From Nannocystis pusilla (GTDB taxonomy: Bacteria > Myxococcota_A > Polyangia > Nannocystales > Nannocystaceae), in assembly GCF_049337375.1 (NCBI RefSeq), contig NZ_JBMPIV010000015.1: a DNA stretch of 64,000 nt; one strand, given 5' to 3'. Positions within the stretch are counted from its first letter, which is position 1. Every line of letters begins with the position of its first letter. The position numbers and the translations under genes are program-made. This document shows positions 17,316 through 29,804 of this stretch, piece after piece. The notes under the pieces were generated by a model. That model had not been told where the DNA came from. It did no database searches and saw nothing but the letters and a program-made list of their open reading frames with translations.

Positions 17316-18577
17316 GCCGGGCGCGCCAGATCGCGGCGCTGGCCGCGTCGGAGCCGGGCGGCGCGCTGGCGTGGCTCGACGGTGGGTCGGGGCGAGGGTT
17401 CGTGGCGCTCGAGCCCGACCTCGAGGTGGTTGCCGACGACCTGTCGGCGTTGCCGACGATCGAGGCGCTCTGGCGGGCCGAGCCGGCGCTGCCGTGGTTC
17501 GGCTGGCTGACCTACGAGGTCGGCACGGCGGCGCTGCTCGGCCGCCCGCCGACGACGGCGAGCTTGCCGGGGCTGGTGCTCCGCCGTTACCGGGCGGCGC
17601 TCGAGCTCGGGGCGCGCGAACGGATCCACGGGGACGCTCGCGCGGGGGCGGAGCTGCTGGCGCGGCTGGCGACCGCCACCTGGCCTTGGGGACAGGACTG
17701 GCCGCTCGGTCCGGTCGAGGCGCTGGTCGCTGCCGAGGACTACCGGGGGCGCGTGCGCCGGGCGCAGGAGTTCATCGCGGCCGGGGAGACGTACCAGATC
17801 AACCTGACGCAGCCGTTCGTGGCCAGGTGGCTGCCGGAATGGGCGAGTCGGCCGGTGGCGGCCAGGGCGGCGGCCGTGTACGCGGCGGTGCAGGCGGCGA
17901 CGCCGGCGAGCATGGGCGGCCTGCTGGCGATCGAACCCGGGCGGCCGTGCGGGCGCTGGACGATCTCCAATTCGCCGGAGACGCTGCTGGCGATCGAGCT
18001 GGGGGCGGGAGAAGACGGGGGCGACCTGGCGCGCTCGTGGCCGATCAAGGGGACGCGCCCGCGAGGGGCCGATCCGGGTGGTGACCGGGCGGCCCAGGAA
18101 GAGTTACAGCAGAGCATCAAAGATCTCGCCGAACATGTGATGATCGTTGATCTTGTGCGCAACGATCTGGGCCGGCTCGCGCGCCCGGGTTCGGTCCGCG
18201 CGCCGGCCCGGCCCGAGCTGGTGACGCTGCCGACGGTGCATCACCTGGTGTCGGAGGTCCGCTGCACGCTGCGCGAGGGATGGACGCTGGCGGAGGTGAT
18301 GGCCGCGGTGTTCCCGGGCGGGAGCGTGACGGGAGCCCCCAAGCGACGCACGGCCGAACACATCGAGCGGCTCGAGCAGCGCGCTCGCGGGATCTACTGC
18401 GGGGCGATCGTGGCGCTGCTGCCCGACGGGCTGCGCTGCAGCATCCCGATCCGCACCGGAGTGGCCGACGCGGCCGGGCTGTGGCTGCAGAGCGGTGGGG
18501 GGATCGTCATCGACTCCGACCCGGAGGCCGAACGCCGCGAGTGCTGGGACAAAGTGCGCGCGTTCGAGCGGCCCTGA
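17312..18577 (+). CDS. pabB: chorismate-utilising enzyme, aminodeoxychorismate synthase component I-like
   Basis: GETYQINLTQ, IKGTRPRG, EHVMIVDLVRND, FPGGSVTGAPK motifs. Confidence 0.8.
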   Translation: MSRARQIAALAASEPGGALAWLDGGSGRGFVALEPDLEVVADDLSALPTIEALWRAEPALPWFGWLTYEVGTAALLGRPPTTASLPGLVLRRYRAALELGARERIHGDARAGAELLARLATATWPWGQDWPLGPVEALVAAEDYRGRVRRAQEFIAAGETYQINLTQPFVARWLPEWASRPVAARAAAVYAAVQAATPASMGGLLAIEPGRPCGRWTISNSPETLLAIELGAGEDGGDLARSWPIKGTRPRGADPGGDRAAQEELQQSIKDLAEHVMIVDLVRNDLGRLARPGSVRAPARPELVTLPTVHHLVSEVRCTLREGWTLAEVMAAVFPGGSVTGAPKRRTAEHIERLEQRARGIYCGAIVALLPDGLRCSIPIRTGVADAAGLWLQSGGGIVIDSDPEAERRECWDKVRAFERP

Positions 18578-18913
18578 GCGGCAGGAGCCTCGGCTTGCAG
18601 CTCGGTGAGCCGCTTGGAAGACAGGGCGAAAAACGAGCGCGACGGCGCGCCAGGAAGCGCAGGAGCCTGATCGAATCGGAGGCGGGCGCCGTGGGCCGCT
18701 GACCGGTTTTGCGACGAAGCGGTGCAGAAGCTTGAGCCGAGGGGCGCTTGCCGGGCAGCCGGCTGAGGAGCGGTTCAGGGGGCCTTGCCTGGAGGCATCG
18801 GGCGCGTCTCGCTCAGAGGGGGGCTCGCCGCGGAATAGGGCGCGAGGTCCAGGTGGGGGCCCAGGGCATGAATCGAGCCTGGCTGGCCTCCGAAGATAGG
18901 GCTTGGTCGCGGC

Positions 18914-19498
18914 TCAGGTGGCGGGCTTTGCCTCGGGCGTATTCTCTTTGGTTTCAGGCGGTTGTGCGTGGAACATCAAGTACGGGATGAGCAGCAGGAC
19001 GCCGATGACGAGGGCGATGTCGGCGACGTTGAAGTTCGGCCAGCACAGACCGCGAGGGTTCCACGGGGAGCACACGCGGATGAAGTCGACCACGCCGTGG
19101 GTGAGGTTGCCGTGGAAGTCGGTGTCCTGGCGCAGCAGGCGGTCGTGCATGTTGCCGAGGGCGCCGCCGATGATGCAGCCGATGGCGAAGAAGCCGTAGA
19201 GGCGGTCGGTCGGCAGCTTGCGGACGAGGGCGGCCATGTAGACGACCGTCACCAGGGTGACGACGATGAACAGGGGCCGCGAGAAGTCCTGGCCGCGCAG
19301 GAAGCCGAAGGCGGAGCCGGTGTTGAAGCTGTAGGACCAGTGGAACCAGTTGCCGATCGCGGCAATCTGCCGGTTCGGCGGCCGCAGGTTGTCCCAGGCC
19401 CAGCTCTTGGTCACGAGATCGAGGATCAGAAACACCGCGGCTGCGGACGCGGTGACGAGGATCGGCCGGAGCCGGTTCGATGCTGGCGTGTCGCTCAT
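18914..19498 (-). CDS. lspA: lipoprotein signal peptidase II, copy 1
   Basis: FNVADIALVIGV and GALGNMHDRL motifs. Start re-derived at MSDTPASN (ATG 19498). Confidence 0.85.
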   Translation of the reverse strand: MSDTPASNRLRPILVTASAAAVFLILDLVTKSWAWDNLRPPNRQIAAIGNWFHWSYSFNTGSAFGFLRGQDFSRPLFIVVTLVTVVYMAALVRKLPTDRLYGFFAIGCIIGGALGNMHDRLLRQDTDFHGNLTHGVVDFIRVCSPWNPRGLCWPNFNVADIALVIGVLLLIPYLMFHAQPPETKENTPEAKPAT

Positions 19499-19639
19499 GT
19501 AGGGCCGAAAACCTGGCCAGTGTACCCGAGGCACCAGGGCGAGCAAGCGCAGCCGCCGCTGCTCCGCGGGCCGCAGAGACGGTCGGAAGGGCAGCCGAGA
19601 AGGGTTGCGGGGTAGGTCGCGCGGTTGCCGCTGCGCGCG

Positions 19640-19880
19640 CTGACGGATCCAGGATCCGCGGGTCGAGGGGCTGAGCACGACCGCTGAGCGCGACATCCGA
19701 CCGGCGTACCGCAAGGCGTCAGCACGAGACTCAGGCGGGGGGCGGATGGTCGGGCCGCAAGGCGGCAGCACGAGGTCCGATGGGTCGGCGGTCTCGAGGC
19801 GGTGGGGGCCTCGAGGCGCGGCAGCACGAGGCTCAGGCGGAGGTGCGCTGGTCGGCGGCGGCCTCGGTGCGCGGCAGCAC
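19640..19880. repeat. 3-4 degenerate tandem copies (~45-55 bp) of the lspA copy-2 3' end
   Basis: ctcgtgctgccgcgc...ccgcctga (coding end of lspA copy 2) recurs downstream as gcctcgtgctgccgcgcctcgagg..., cctcgtgctgccgccttgcgg...ccgcctga, gtctcgtgctgacgccttgcgg. Confidence 0.6.
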
Positions 19881-20369
19881 GAGCAGGAACAAGAGCACGC
19901 CCGCGACCAGGACGGCGTCGGCGATGTTGAAGGCCGGCCAGGTCTTGCCGCCCCACAGGTAGACGACGATGAAGTCGACCACGCAGTAGTCGCCGGCGTA
20001 GACGCGGACCAATCGGTCGTGGAGGTTGCCGAGGGCGCCGCCGGCGATCAGACCGATGGCGATGAAGGCGGCCCGGCTGGTGGTCGGCAAGGTCCGCGCG
20101 AGGTGCACGAGGTAGCCGACCGCGGCCAGGGTGATGACGATGAAGAAGTAGCGCGCCCAGTCGACGTCGTTGAGGAACCCGAAGGCAGAGCCGGGATTGC
20201 AGGCGAAGTCGAAGTGCAGCAGCTTGTCGCTGACCTTCCAGGCGGCCTGGTCCCGCAGGTTGTTCCAGACCCACGCCTTGCTCCAAAGGTCGAGGCCGAG
20301 GCTGAGACCTGCGATCACCGCTGCGAGGGCGATCCGCGGTCCGCGTGTGGGTTCGGGTGGGGCGGCCAT
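19833..20369 (-). CDS. lspA: lipoprotein signal peptidase II, copy 2
   Basis: FNIADAVLVAGV and GALGNLHDRL motifs. Start re-derived at MAAPPEPTRGPRIALAAV. Confidence 0.85.
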   Translation of the reverse strand: MAAPPEPTRGPRIALAAVIAGLSLGLDLWSKAWVWNNLRDQAAWKVSDKLLHFDFACNPGSAFGFLNDVDWARYFFIVITLAAVGYLVHLARTLPTTSRAAFIAIGLIAGGALGNLHDRLVRVYAGDYCVVDFIVVYLWGGKTWPAFNIADAVLVAGVLLFLLVLPRTEAAADQRTSA

Positions 20370-20898
20370 GGCGGGCGCGGAGCATACCAGGGTCGCGCCC
20401 GCAGTGAACCCGTTCGCGAGGCGAGATCCGTGACGTCGACCTCGCACGCACGCCGCGCCTCCGAAGCCGCGGCTCCAGGGACCTCGAAGGGCGGCGCTCG
20501 ACGTACGCGACGGTGCGTCCCGTTCGCGCTTGCTCGGTGGCGATCCCGGGAGGACAGGCGATGTCCCGCTGCGCGCCGACCGGCGAGGGCCACGGCCGAC
20601 GCGAACTGTCAGAGCGGAGGAGGCTTCGAGCGCCGCAGGATCCGACGGAGTAGGCGCAGTCAGGTGAGGCGCGCGTGGGCCTCGGGGAGCCTTGAACTCG
20701 CCGCGAGCGTCTTGGGGTGGGCGAGGATCAGCGTCGGCCGGTGGCGAGCACGTTGGCGATCGCGGGGTAGCCCGATGCGGGGTGCTCGCCCGCAGTTGGG
20801 CCTGCTGTGCTCACCATGATGGTGGGTCCCCTGCTTTCGAATTCGACGCAGAGCCAGGCGCCGTGGGCAGAGACGTCGTGCTTTCCTGTGACGAGCCC

Positions 20899-21795
20899 TC
20901 AGGCGCGCTGGAGCAGATCGAACAGGGCCGGGCGGCGGCGGCGGGGCCACGTCGAGCGCGGATGCGCGAGCGCTCGCCGGCCGCGAGAGACCCGCTGATC
21001 CATGGCCTGGCGAGTCATGCCGTCGAGGGCGACCGGGCGCTCGGCCTGCAGTTCGGTGAGCTCGCGCCGCTCCTCGCCAAGGAGCGCGGCCAAGGCGTTC
21101 TCCAGCAGGACGGCCTCCGGCAGGCGGAGCTCGCGGAGGGCGGCTCGGAGGCGGGCGCGCATGCGCAGCTCCTCGCGGGTGTCCTCGCCGGTGTCGCGCA
21201 GCTCCTCGGCGCGCGACTGGGCGTCGCGGGCCAGCGAGACCGAGGCGGAGGCGAGAAGGACGGTCAGCGGGCGAACTTCGGGATCGGCGAGCTCGGGGTG
21301 ATGGAGGAGCGTCGCGACCTCGGTGTAGGCGATCGCGTCGACGTCGGACTCCTCGCCGCCGACGACCTCGAACTCCTCGCCCCGAAACGCGGTGACGAAC
21401 AGGCGCAGACGGATGGCCTCGAACACCAGCAGCTCCGCCAGCGCGGCCTGGAGGGCGCTGCGCCGGTCGTCGTCGCCGCCGCGGGCGAAGTCGACGAGCA
21501 TGTGCTGCAGCGGCGGATTGCCGACCCCGTTGGCGGCGAGCCGCGCCCATGGCTCCAACTCCTCCGGAATCTCGAGGAAGAGGGCGTCGCGCAGGCCCTG
21601 GTGGAAGCTCTGCAGGGCGGGGAAACGCGGGTCGCGGACCGCGGCCAACAAAGAAAGGCCCTGGCGGCGCGCGCGCAGGGCCTCGTCGGCGAGGACGTCG
21701 AGCTCGGACTGGAGCTCCACCACATCAAGGGGGGCGGCGACGCCGCCACCGGCCGGGAGAGGAAGGAGGTGGGTGACGGCGGCGGCGACGTTCAT
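20899..21795 (-). CDS. hypothetical protein
   Basis: 298 aa of non-low-complexity sequence, co-directional with and downstream of an epimerase. Confidence 0.4.
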   Translation of the reverse strand: MNVAAAVTHLLPLPAGGGVAAPLDVVELQSELDVLADEALRARRQGLSLLAAVRDPRFPALQSFHQGLRDALFLEIPEELEPWARLAANGVGNPPLQHMLVDFARGGDDDRRSALQAALAELLVFEAIRLRLFVTAFRGEEFEVVGGEESDVDAIAYTEVATLLHHPELADPEVRPLTVLLASASVSLARDAQSRAEELRDTGEDTREELRMRARLRAALRELRLPEAVLLENALAALLGEERRELTELQAERPVALDGMTRQAMDQRVSRGRRALAHPRSTWPRRRRPALFDLLQRA

Positions 21796-21837
21796 GGCGT
21801 GCTCAGGGGTTTAACCACCCGCCCGAGGCACGCAAGA

Positions 21838-22719
21838 TCAGGGGCTCGCCGGGGTGTGAGAGGGATGCCGGAGGGCCACGCGCAGCAGCGTCTTCAGGCG
21901 CGCGTTGCCGACCCGCTTGCCGATCGCGGCCGGACCCGCGGGCCGCTCCCACTGCGGGGGCGGTCGCCCGGCGAGGGCGGCGAGGCGAGCGAAGATCTCG
22001 CGCCGCGGGGTGTGGTCGTCGTCGACGACGTTGATGACGCCGCGCTCGTCCGGCGCGAGGGTCAAGGCGGCGAGGACGGCCTGCACTGCGTCCTCGCAGT
22101 GGATGAGGTTGGTCGGCTGCATGCCGTCGCCCGCAAGGACTGCGTCGTCACCGGCGCCGCGGTAGAGGCGGAACAGCTCGCGACCCGGACCGTAGAGGCC
22201 GCCGAGGCGGAGGATCGTCCATGGCACTGCGTGGCGCGTGCAGGTGTCTCGCACCAGCTCCTCGGCCTCGCGCTGCACGCGACCTCGCGGCTCGTCGGGC
22301 CACTCGAGGCAGTCGTCGTCGAGCCACGCGTCGCGGTCGGGCAGGGCCGAGGTGGACGAGGTGTAGACGAGGCGGGTGAGCGGGAGGGTGACCGCGGCGG
22401 CGAGCAGGCGCCGGGTGCCCTCGACGTAGAGCTCGCGGCGGTCCTGCTGCTTGCCCGGGGCGTAGCAGACGACCAGCGACTGCGCGCCGGCGAGGACCGC
22501 GGCGATGTCGGCCGGGGCGAGCGCGGCGACGTCGAGCGGGCGGAGCTCGATGCCTTCCGGGACATGTCCTTGCGGCCATGTCCCGGAGCGCGTGGTCGCA
22601 AGGACAGGCGGATCGCCGACGCCGCCGGTCGCCGCGAGCGCGGCGGCCACGGGGGCGCCGAGGAAGCCGGCGCCGACGACGGCGACCGGGCGAGCGAGAG
22701 GGGACCCGCCGCTGGGCAC
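21838..22719 (-). CDS. NAD-dependent epimerase/dehydratase family protein
   Basis: N-terminal VAVVGAGFLGAPVAAAL Rossmann fold. Putative GTG start 11 nt after the upstream stop. Confidence 0.6.
   Translation of the reverse strand: MPSGGSPLARPVAVVGAGFLGAPVAAALAATGGVGDPPVLATTRSGTWPQGHVPEGIELRPLDVAALAPADIAAVLAGAQSLVVCYAPGKQQDRRELYVEGTRRLLAAAVTLPLTRLVYTSSTSALPDRDAWLDDDCLEWPDEPRGRVQREAEELVRDTCTRHAVPWTILRLGGLYGPGRELFRLYRGAGDDAVLAGDGMQPTNLIHCEDAVQAVLAALTLAPDERGVINVVDDDHTPRREIFARLAALAGRPPPQWERPAGPAAIGKRVGNARLKTLLRVALRHPSHTPASP
22550..22600. repeat. GGACATGTCC-family palindromic repeat array
   Basis: ccgggacatgtccttgcggccatgtcccggag...aaggacagg. Confidence 0.7.
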
Positions 22720-22730
22720 GCGCGGCTCGC

Positions 22731-23483
22731 TCAGAACGACACGCCGCCGCCGAGCAGGAGGTTCAGGCGGGCGATGAAGAAGGCCGGGCAGGCGCCGGGG
22801 ACCGCGCCGCAGCCGTAGCCGTAGCGCGGGCCGAAGCTCATGTCGAACTGCGGGAACTGCAGCCACACGATCCAGCGGTCGTCGAGCATGAGCTTGAGAC
22901 CGACGCCGAACTGCAGGTTCGCGGCGTGGTTCGTGTAGTGGTAGTAGGCGCCGTTGTAGTAGTTCCAGCGGTCCGACAGCAGGTGGTAGCCCAGCGAGAC
23001 GTTCGGCGAGATGTAGAGGCCGAGGTCGCGCTTGACCTGGATGTCGTAGGTGAACTTGGGCGCGATGACGAAGCCGAAGCGGCGGTAGCCGAACTCCTCG
23101 TTGAGGAGGACGCCCAGCGCCGGGCCGGAGGCGTTGCCGCTGAAGTGGCCGCTGAACTCCTGCGTCAGCTTGAACGAGCCCCAGTAACCGAAGCCGCCGT
23201 AGCGACAGGGGAAGCCGGGTGCTCCGCAGCCGGGGCCGTAGTAGCCGGCGTCGTAGTAGTACGACGAACCGCCGATGCCCCACGAGGGGCCGATGCCGAA
23301 CAGGAACTGCATCGGGCGAGTGCCTGGTCGCAGCACTCGCGGAACGGCCGCTTCAGCGTTCGAGGGGGCGACCGTGCTGCCGAGGAGGGCGGCGCCGAGC
23401 GCCGCGGTGGCGAGGCCGAAGCGACGTCGGCGACGACCAGTAGTGACAGGCAGGGGACGGTCCGAGGTGGTGGCCTGGGTCAT
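22731..23483 (-). CDS. outer-membrane beta-barrel protein (Gly/Tyr-rich, C-terminal Phe)
   Basis: Signal peptide. Alternating aromatic pattern. C-terminal ...GGGVSF. AGGAG RBS 5 nt upstream of ATG. Confidence 0.6.
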   Translation of the reverse strand: MTQATTSDRPLPVTTGRRRRRFGLATAALGAALLGSTVAPSNAEAAVPRVLRPGTRPMQFLFGIGPSWGIGGSSYYYDAGYYGPGCGAPGFPCRYGGFGYWGSFKLTQEFSGHFSGNASGPALGVLLNEEFGYRRFGFVIAPKFTYDIQVKRDLGLYISPNVSLGYHLLSDRWNYYNGAYYHYTNHAANLQFGVGLKLMLDDRWIVWLQFPQFDMSFGPRYGYGCGAVPGACPAFFIARLNLLLGGGVSF

Positions 23484-23654
23484 GGAGACTCCTGCGAGCG
23501 AGGGAAGGGGCACGCTCCGTAGACCGGGGCGCGCGCGGTGATTCTAACGTGTCTTGCGGCAAGCACGGAAGTTCGGGGTTGCTCGGAGAAACTCCCGGGG
23601 GTGAAGGCACCCAAGGCACTGCCGCCGACGCGAGTGTGATCTACGCTGCGGTCG

Positions 23655-24377
23655 GTGCCAGGTGATCGAGGCGACGAGGCGGCGATAAGCATTCGTGCGC
23701 AGACGCGCACGGCTCGTCACCAGCGGCTCGCCGCGGCGATCGAGACGCGTCGCCTCGAGCGCCGCCGGCGAGCGAAGATCCTGGCGATCTGGGCGGCCTT
23801 GTCGACGATCGCCGTCATCGTCACCGCGCTCATCCGTGGGGTGTTTGACCCGCTCGAGCTGGTGTTTTTCGCGAGCACGCTGGGGACGATCGCGTTCGCG
23901 TCGTTCTCGGGGGTGCTCGCTCGCCCGCTGCCGTTGATGGAGCGGCAAGCGCTGGCGGGCGCGGACGCGGCGCTGGCCCTGGACCACCTGCCGCCTCGCG
24001 TGGCCGAGCTGGCCCGAGAGACACGCGCGCTGCGGCTCGCGGTCGAGGCCGCCGATCCGGCCGACGCGGCGATCGACGCCTGGGTGTGGAGCTGGATCCG
24101 CAGCGTCCGCGAGCTCGGGCCCGAGGAGCGCGAGCTCGTCGCCCACGTCGGGATCTCGACCCACGACGTCGAGGCGGTGCTGCTCGGCGAGGCGCTCGAC
24201 GCCGGCCCGGCGGACAGCTCTGCGCTGCCGGTCAGGCGCACGGCGGGGCGGGGTCCGCGGCTGGCGCCGGTCGAGCTGGCGGTGCTGGTTCGCCGGGTCG
24301 AGCTGCTGGCGGAGCACTTCGAGGCGTTCGAGGTGGCGCTGTTGCGCTACCGGCCGGGGACCTACCGCGGGTCCTGA
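23655..24377 (+). CDS. hypothetical membrane-anchored protein
   Basis: GTG start with two predicted TM helices. Preferred over the Arg-rich antisense ORF. Confidence 0.4.
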   Translation: MPGDRGDEAAISIRAQTRTARHQRLAAAIETRRLERRRRAKILAIWAALSTIAVIVTALIRGVFDPLELVFFASTLGTIAFASFSGVLARPLPLMERQALAGADAALALDHLPPRVAELARETRALRLAVEAADPADAAIDAWVWSWIRSVRELGPEERELVAHVGISTHDVEAVLLGEALDAGPADSSALPVRRTAGRGPRLAPVELAVLVRRVELLAEHFEAFEVALLRYRPGTYRGS

Positions 24378-24432
24378 GGGACATGTCTGTCGCGACATGT
24401 CCGCCGCGACATGTCCTTCAGGACTCGCGGAA
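24372..24432. repeat. GGACATGTCC-family palindromic repeat array (3 units)
   Basis: gagggacatgtctgtcgcgacatgtccgccgcgacatgtccttcaggac. Confidence 0.75.
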
Positions 24433-25329
24433 GCTGACCATGACGGCGTGGGCGTCGTGCTTGTGCTCGAAGTTGGTGGCGCGGCGGAAGGCGGTGGCGT
24501 CGACGACGATCGGGTGCTTGATGTGGGCGACGGCGCCGGGCGGCAGGTAGGGCAGGCCGAAGCGGCCGGCGCTGTACTTGAAGAGCGGCTCGGGGATCGG
24601 GATCGGCTGGCGCCCGGTGCCGCGGGCCAGCGTCGACAGCGGGACGGGCGGCGGACCGGCGACGTTGTAGATCCCGCTCAGCTGGTGATCGACGGCGCGC
24701 ACGATCGCCTCGACGCCGTCCTCGTCGTGCATGAAGTGGTAGAGCGGATCGAAGCCGAGGATCGTCGGCACCCGCGGGCCCGCCAGGAAGCTGGCGAGGG
24801 TGCCGCGGTGGGTCGGGCCGAGCATGTAGACCATGCGCAGGACGGCGGTCTTGAGCCCGGGCCAGCGCCACAGCGCGGCGGCGGCGAACAGGTCGGCGGC
24901 GACCAGGTCGGCCAGTTCGGGGAAGGTCGAGACGGCCAGCGGCGGCTCCTCCTCGGTGCGGTACAGCGGCGCGTCGGGGGCGGCGCCGTAGATGGTGTGG
25001 CGGCCGACGAACACGGCCTGCTTGACGCCGAACTCGTGGCAGTACTCGAACACGAGGCGGGTGCCGTGGAGGTTGATGCGCAGCCGCTCCTCGGCGCTGG
25101 CGGTGAAGTGGGTGATCGTCGCCATGTGGATGACGACGTCGGGCCGGTGCTGGCGGAACACGTCGGCGGCCGGCCGCTTACGCACGTCGGTCTGGAACAC
25201 GTGCACGCCCTCGGGCGCGTCGGGCCAGGGGCGGCGGTCGATGCCGAGGATCTCGTCGCCGCGGGCGCGCAGGCGCAGGGCGACCATGCGCGCGTGGGCG
25301 CCGTTGATGCCGGTGATCAGGATCTTCAT
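24418..25329 (-). CDS. NAD-dependent epimerase/dehydratase family protein
   Basis: MKILITGINGAHARMVALRL Rossmann N-terminus. Confidence 0.75.
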   Translation of the reverse strand: MKILITGINGAHARMVALRLRARGDEILGIDRRPWPDAPEGVHVFQTDVRKRPAADVFRQHRPDVVIHMATITHFTASAEERLRINLHGTRLVFEYCHEFGVKQAVFVGRHTIYGAAPDAPLYRTEEEPPLAVSTFPELADLVAADLFAAAALWRWPGLKTAVLRMVYMLGPTHRGTLASFLAGPRVPTILGFDPLYHFMHDEDGVEAIVRAVDHQLSGIYNVAGPPPVPLSTLARGTGRQPIPIPEPLFKYSAGRFGLPYLPPGAVAHIKHPIVVDATAFRRATNFEHKHDAHAVMVSFRES

Positions 25330-26246
25330 GGTTCGGAGTCGGAGTCGGACGGGCCGGAGGTCGAGGAGGGCGCGGCGGAGGACGAGCCGGACGAGCTGTC
25401 CTCGGGTTCCTGTGCGAAAGTTCCGTCGGTGCGCTGGCGGTGGAGCGCGCAGCCGCGGAGGACCAGCAGCTCGACGACGCTCTTGACCTGCTCGACGTAG
25501 CCCTCGATGACCTCGTCGGGCTCGCGGCCGGTGCCGGGGAAGTGCATCGGCTTGCCGTAGTGGATCTCGCAGCCGAGCGGCAGCGGGAACGGGACGAGGT
25601 ACGGCGGGACCGGCCAGTAAGGCGCGCCGACGATCTTGGCCAGCGTCTTGGCGTGGTAGATGGTGGGGAGGGCTTCCTCGCCGCCGATGAAGGCGAAGGG
25701 GACGATCGGGGCGCCGGTCTGCAGGGCGATCCGCATGAAGCCGGTGCCGAACTGGACCAGGCGGTAGCGATCCTTGAAGAGCTTGCCGGTGCCGCGCGCA
25801 CCCTCGGGGAAGATCATGAGCAGGCGGCCGTCCTGCAGCAGCCGCAAGGCGTGCTCGGGCAGGCCGGGGAGCTGACCGACGCGCGAGAACCACTCGGACA
25901 CGAAGGGCCAGTTGCCGGCGAACTTCTCGACCATGCCGGTGGCGTGGCGCGGGAGGTCGCGGGCGAAGAACAACGATGCGAGCACCATGCCGCCGTCGAC
26001 CGGCAGACCGCCGGAGTGGTTGCCGACGAGCATCGCGCCGCCGCGCTCCGGCACGTTGTCGATGCCGAAGCACTTCACCCGGAAGTAATTCTTGTAGAAG
26101 ACCTCGAGCATCGAATAGAAGACGCCGAGGTGCTTCTTGGAGATCCCGAACGGATCCATCCCGTATTGATTGAACGGTAGCTCGAGACGTTCGAGGCGGT
26201 CCCGGACGTCGCGGCTGGTGAGAGTCTCGAGGCGGAACGGTCCCAT
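25326..26246 (-). CDS. lysophospholipid/1-acylglycerol-3-phosphate acyltransferase family protein
   Basis: VGNHSGGLPVDG (HX4D-like) and FPEG motifs. ATGA overlap with the downstream epimerase. Confidence 0.65.
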   Translation of the reverse strand: MGPFRLETLTSRDVRDRLERLELPFNQYGMDPFGISKKHLGVFYSMLEVFYKNYFRVKCFGIDNVPERGGAMLVGNHSGGLPVDGGMVLASLFFARDLPRHATGMVEKFAGNWPFVSEWFSRVGQLPGLPEHALRLLQDGRLLMIFPEGARGTGKLFKDRYRLVQFGTGFMRIALQTGAPIVPFAFIGGEEALPTIYHAKTLAKIVGAPYWPVPPYLVPFPLPLGCEIHYGKPMHFPGTGREPDEVIEGYVEQVKSVVELLVLRGCALHRQRTDGTFAQEPEDSSSGSSSAAPSSTSGPSDSDSEP

Positions 26247-26462
26247 CCGGCTCGAAGAAGTCTCAGGCGGCGCGGGTCCTGAAGCAAGTCGCACGCGAGA
26301 AGCCGCGGCGAGCGAGGTTCTGCACGGCTCAGGACGCTGCGGTCCGGACCGCGCGCCGGGGCGGAACCACTGCCCAGGCCGCGGCATTTCGAGCGGCGCT
26401 CGCATGCCCTCGCGCGCCCGGGCGCGGGCGCGAGGGCGACGCGAAACGCCCCGTGGGCGCCG

Positions 26463-27560
<1,098 letters not shown>

Positions 27561-27714
27561 ATCCGAACGTTAGGCCGGCCTCTGCGCGTTTGCAAGCGTG
27601 TTTGCCGCGCGCGTCGACGCGAACGTCGAGCGAGCGCAACTCCGCGCCGAACAAACGCGAAAGGCCCGGATGTCACCAGGACATCGCGGGCCCGCGCGTG
27701 CACGGTGTCGGTGC

Positions 27715-28604
27715 TTACGCGCTGGTCTTGGCCCCGAGCACGCGGGCCATGGTCGAGCCGAGGTCGGAGGGGGTGTCGGCGATCGTGACGCCGGCCTCGC
27801 GCAGCGCGGCCAGCTTGGCGTCGGCGGTGCCCTTGCCGCCCGAGATGATGGCGCCCGCGTGGCCCATGCGCTTGCCCGGCGGGGCGGTGACGCCGGCGAT
27901 GAAGCCGACCACCGGCTTGGTGACGTGCTCGCGAATGAAGGCCGCGCCGTCCTCTTCGGCCGAGCCGCCGATCTCGCCGATAATGATGATGCCCTCGGTC
28001 TCCGGGTCGTCCTGGAACAACTTGAGGCAGTCGACGAAGTTGGTGCCGTTGACCGGATCACCGCCGATGCCGATGGCGGTGCTCTGGCCGAGGCCGAGCG
28101 TGGTCAGCTGATGCACGGCCTCGTAGGTGAGGGTGCCGGAGCGCGAGACGACGCCGACGCGGCCCGGGGTGTGGATGTAGCCGGGCATGATGCCGATCCG
28201 GCACTGCTTCGGCGTGATGATGCCGGGGCAGTTGGGGCCGAGCAGGCGCGAGCCGGGCTTGTCCTGCAGGAACCGCTTGGCCTTGACCATGTCGGCCACC
28301 GGGATGCCCTCGGTGATGCAGACGATCAGCGGCACGCCGGCGTCCGCAGCCTCCATGATCGCGTCGGCGGCGAACGGCGGCGGTACGAAGATGACGCTGG
28401 CGTTGGCGCCGGTCTTCTCGACGGCGTCGCGCACGGTGTGGAACACCGGGACGCGGCCGTTCAGCACGGTCTCGCCGCCCTTGCCGGGCGTGACGCCGCC
28501 GACGACCTGAGTGCCGTAGGCGAGCGACTGCTCGGCGTGGAAGAGGCCGACCTTGCCGGTGATGCCCTGGACGATGAGGCGGGTGTTCTTGTCGACGAGG
28601 ACGC

Positions 28605-28608
<4 letters not shown>
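27715..28608 (-). CDS. sucD: succinyl-CoA ligase alpha subunit
   Basis: [18 protein letters not shown]... with CoA-binding and His-loop motifs. Confidence 0.95.
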
Positions 28609-29803
<1,195 letters not shown>

Positions 29804-29804
<1 letters not shown>

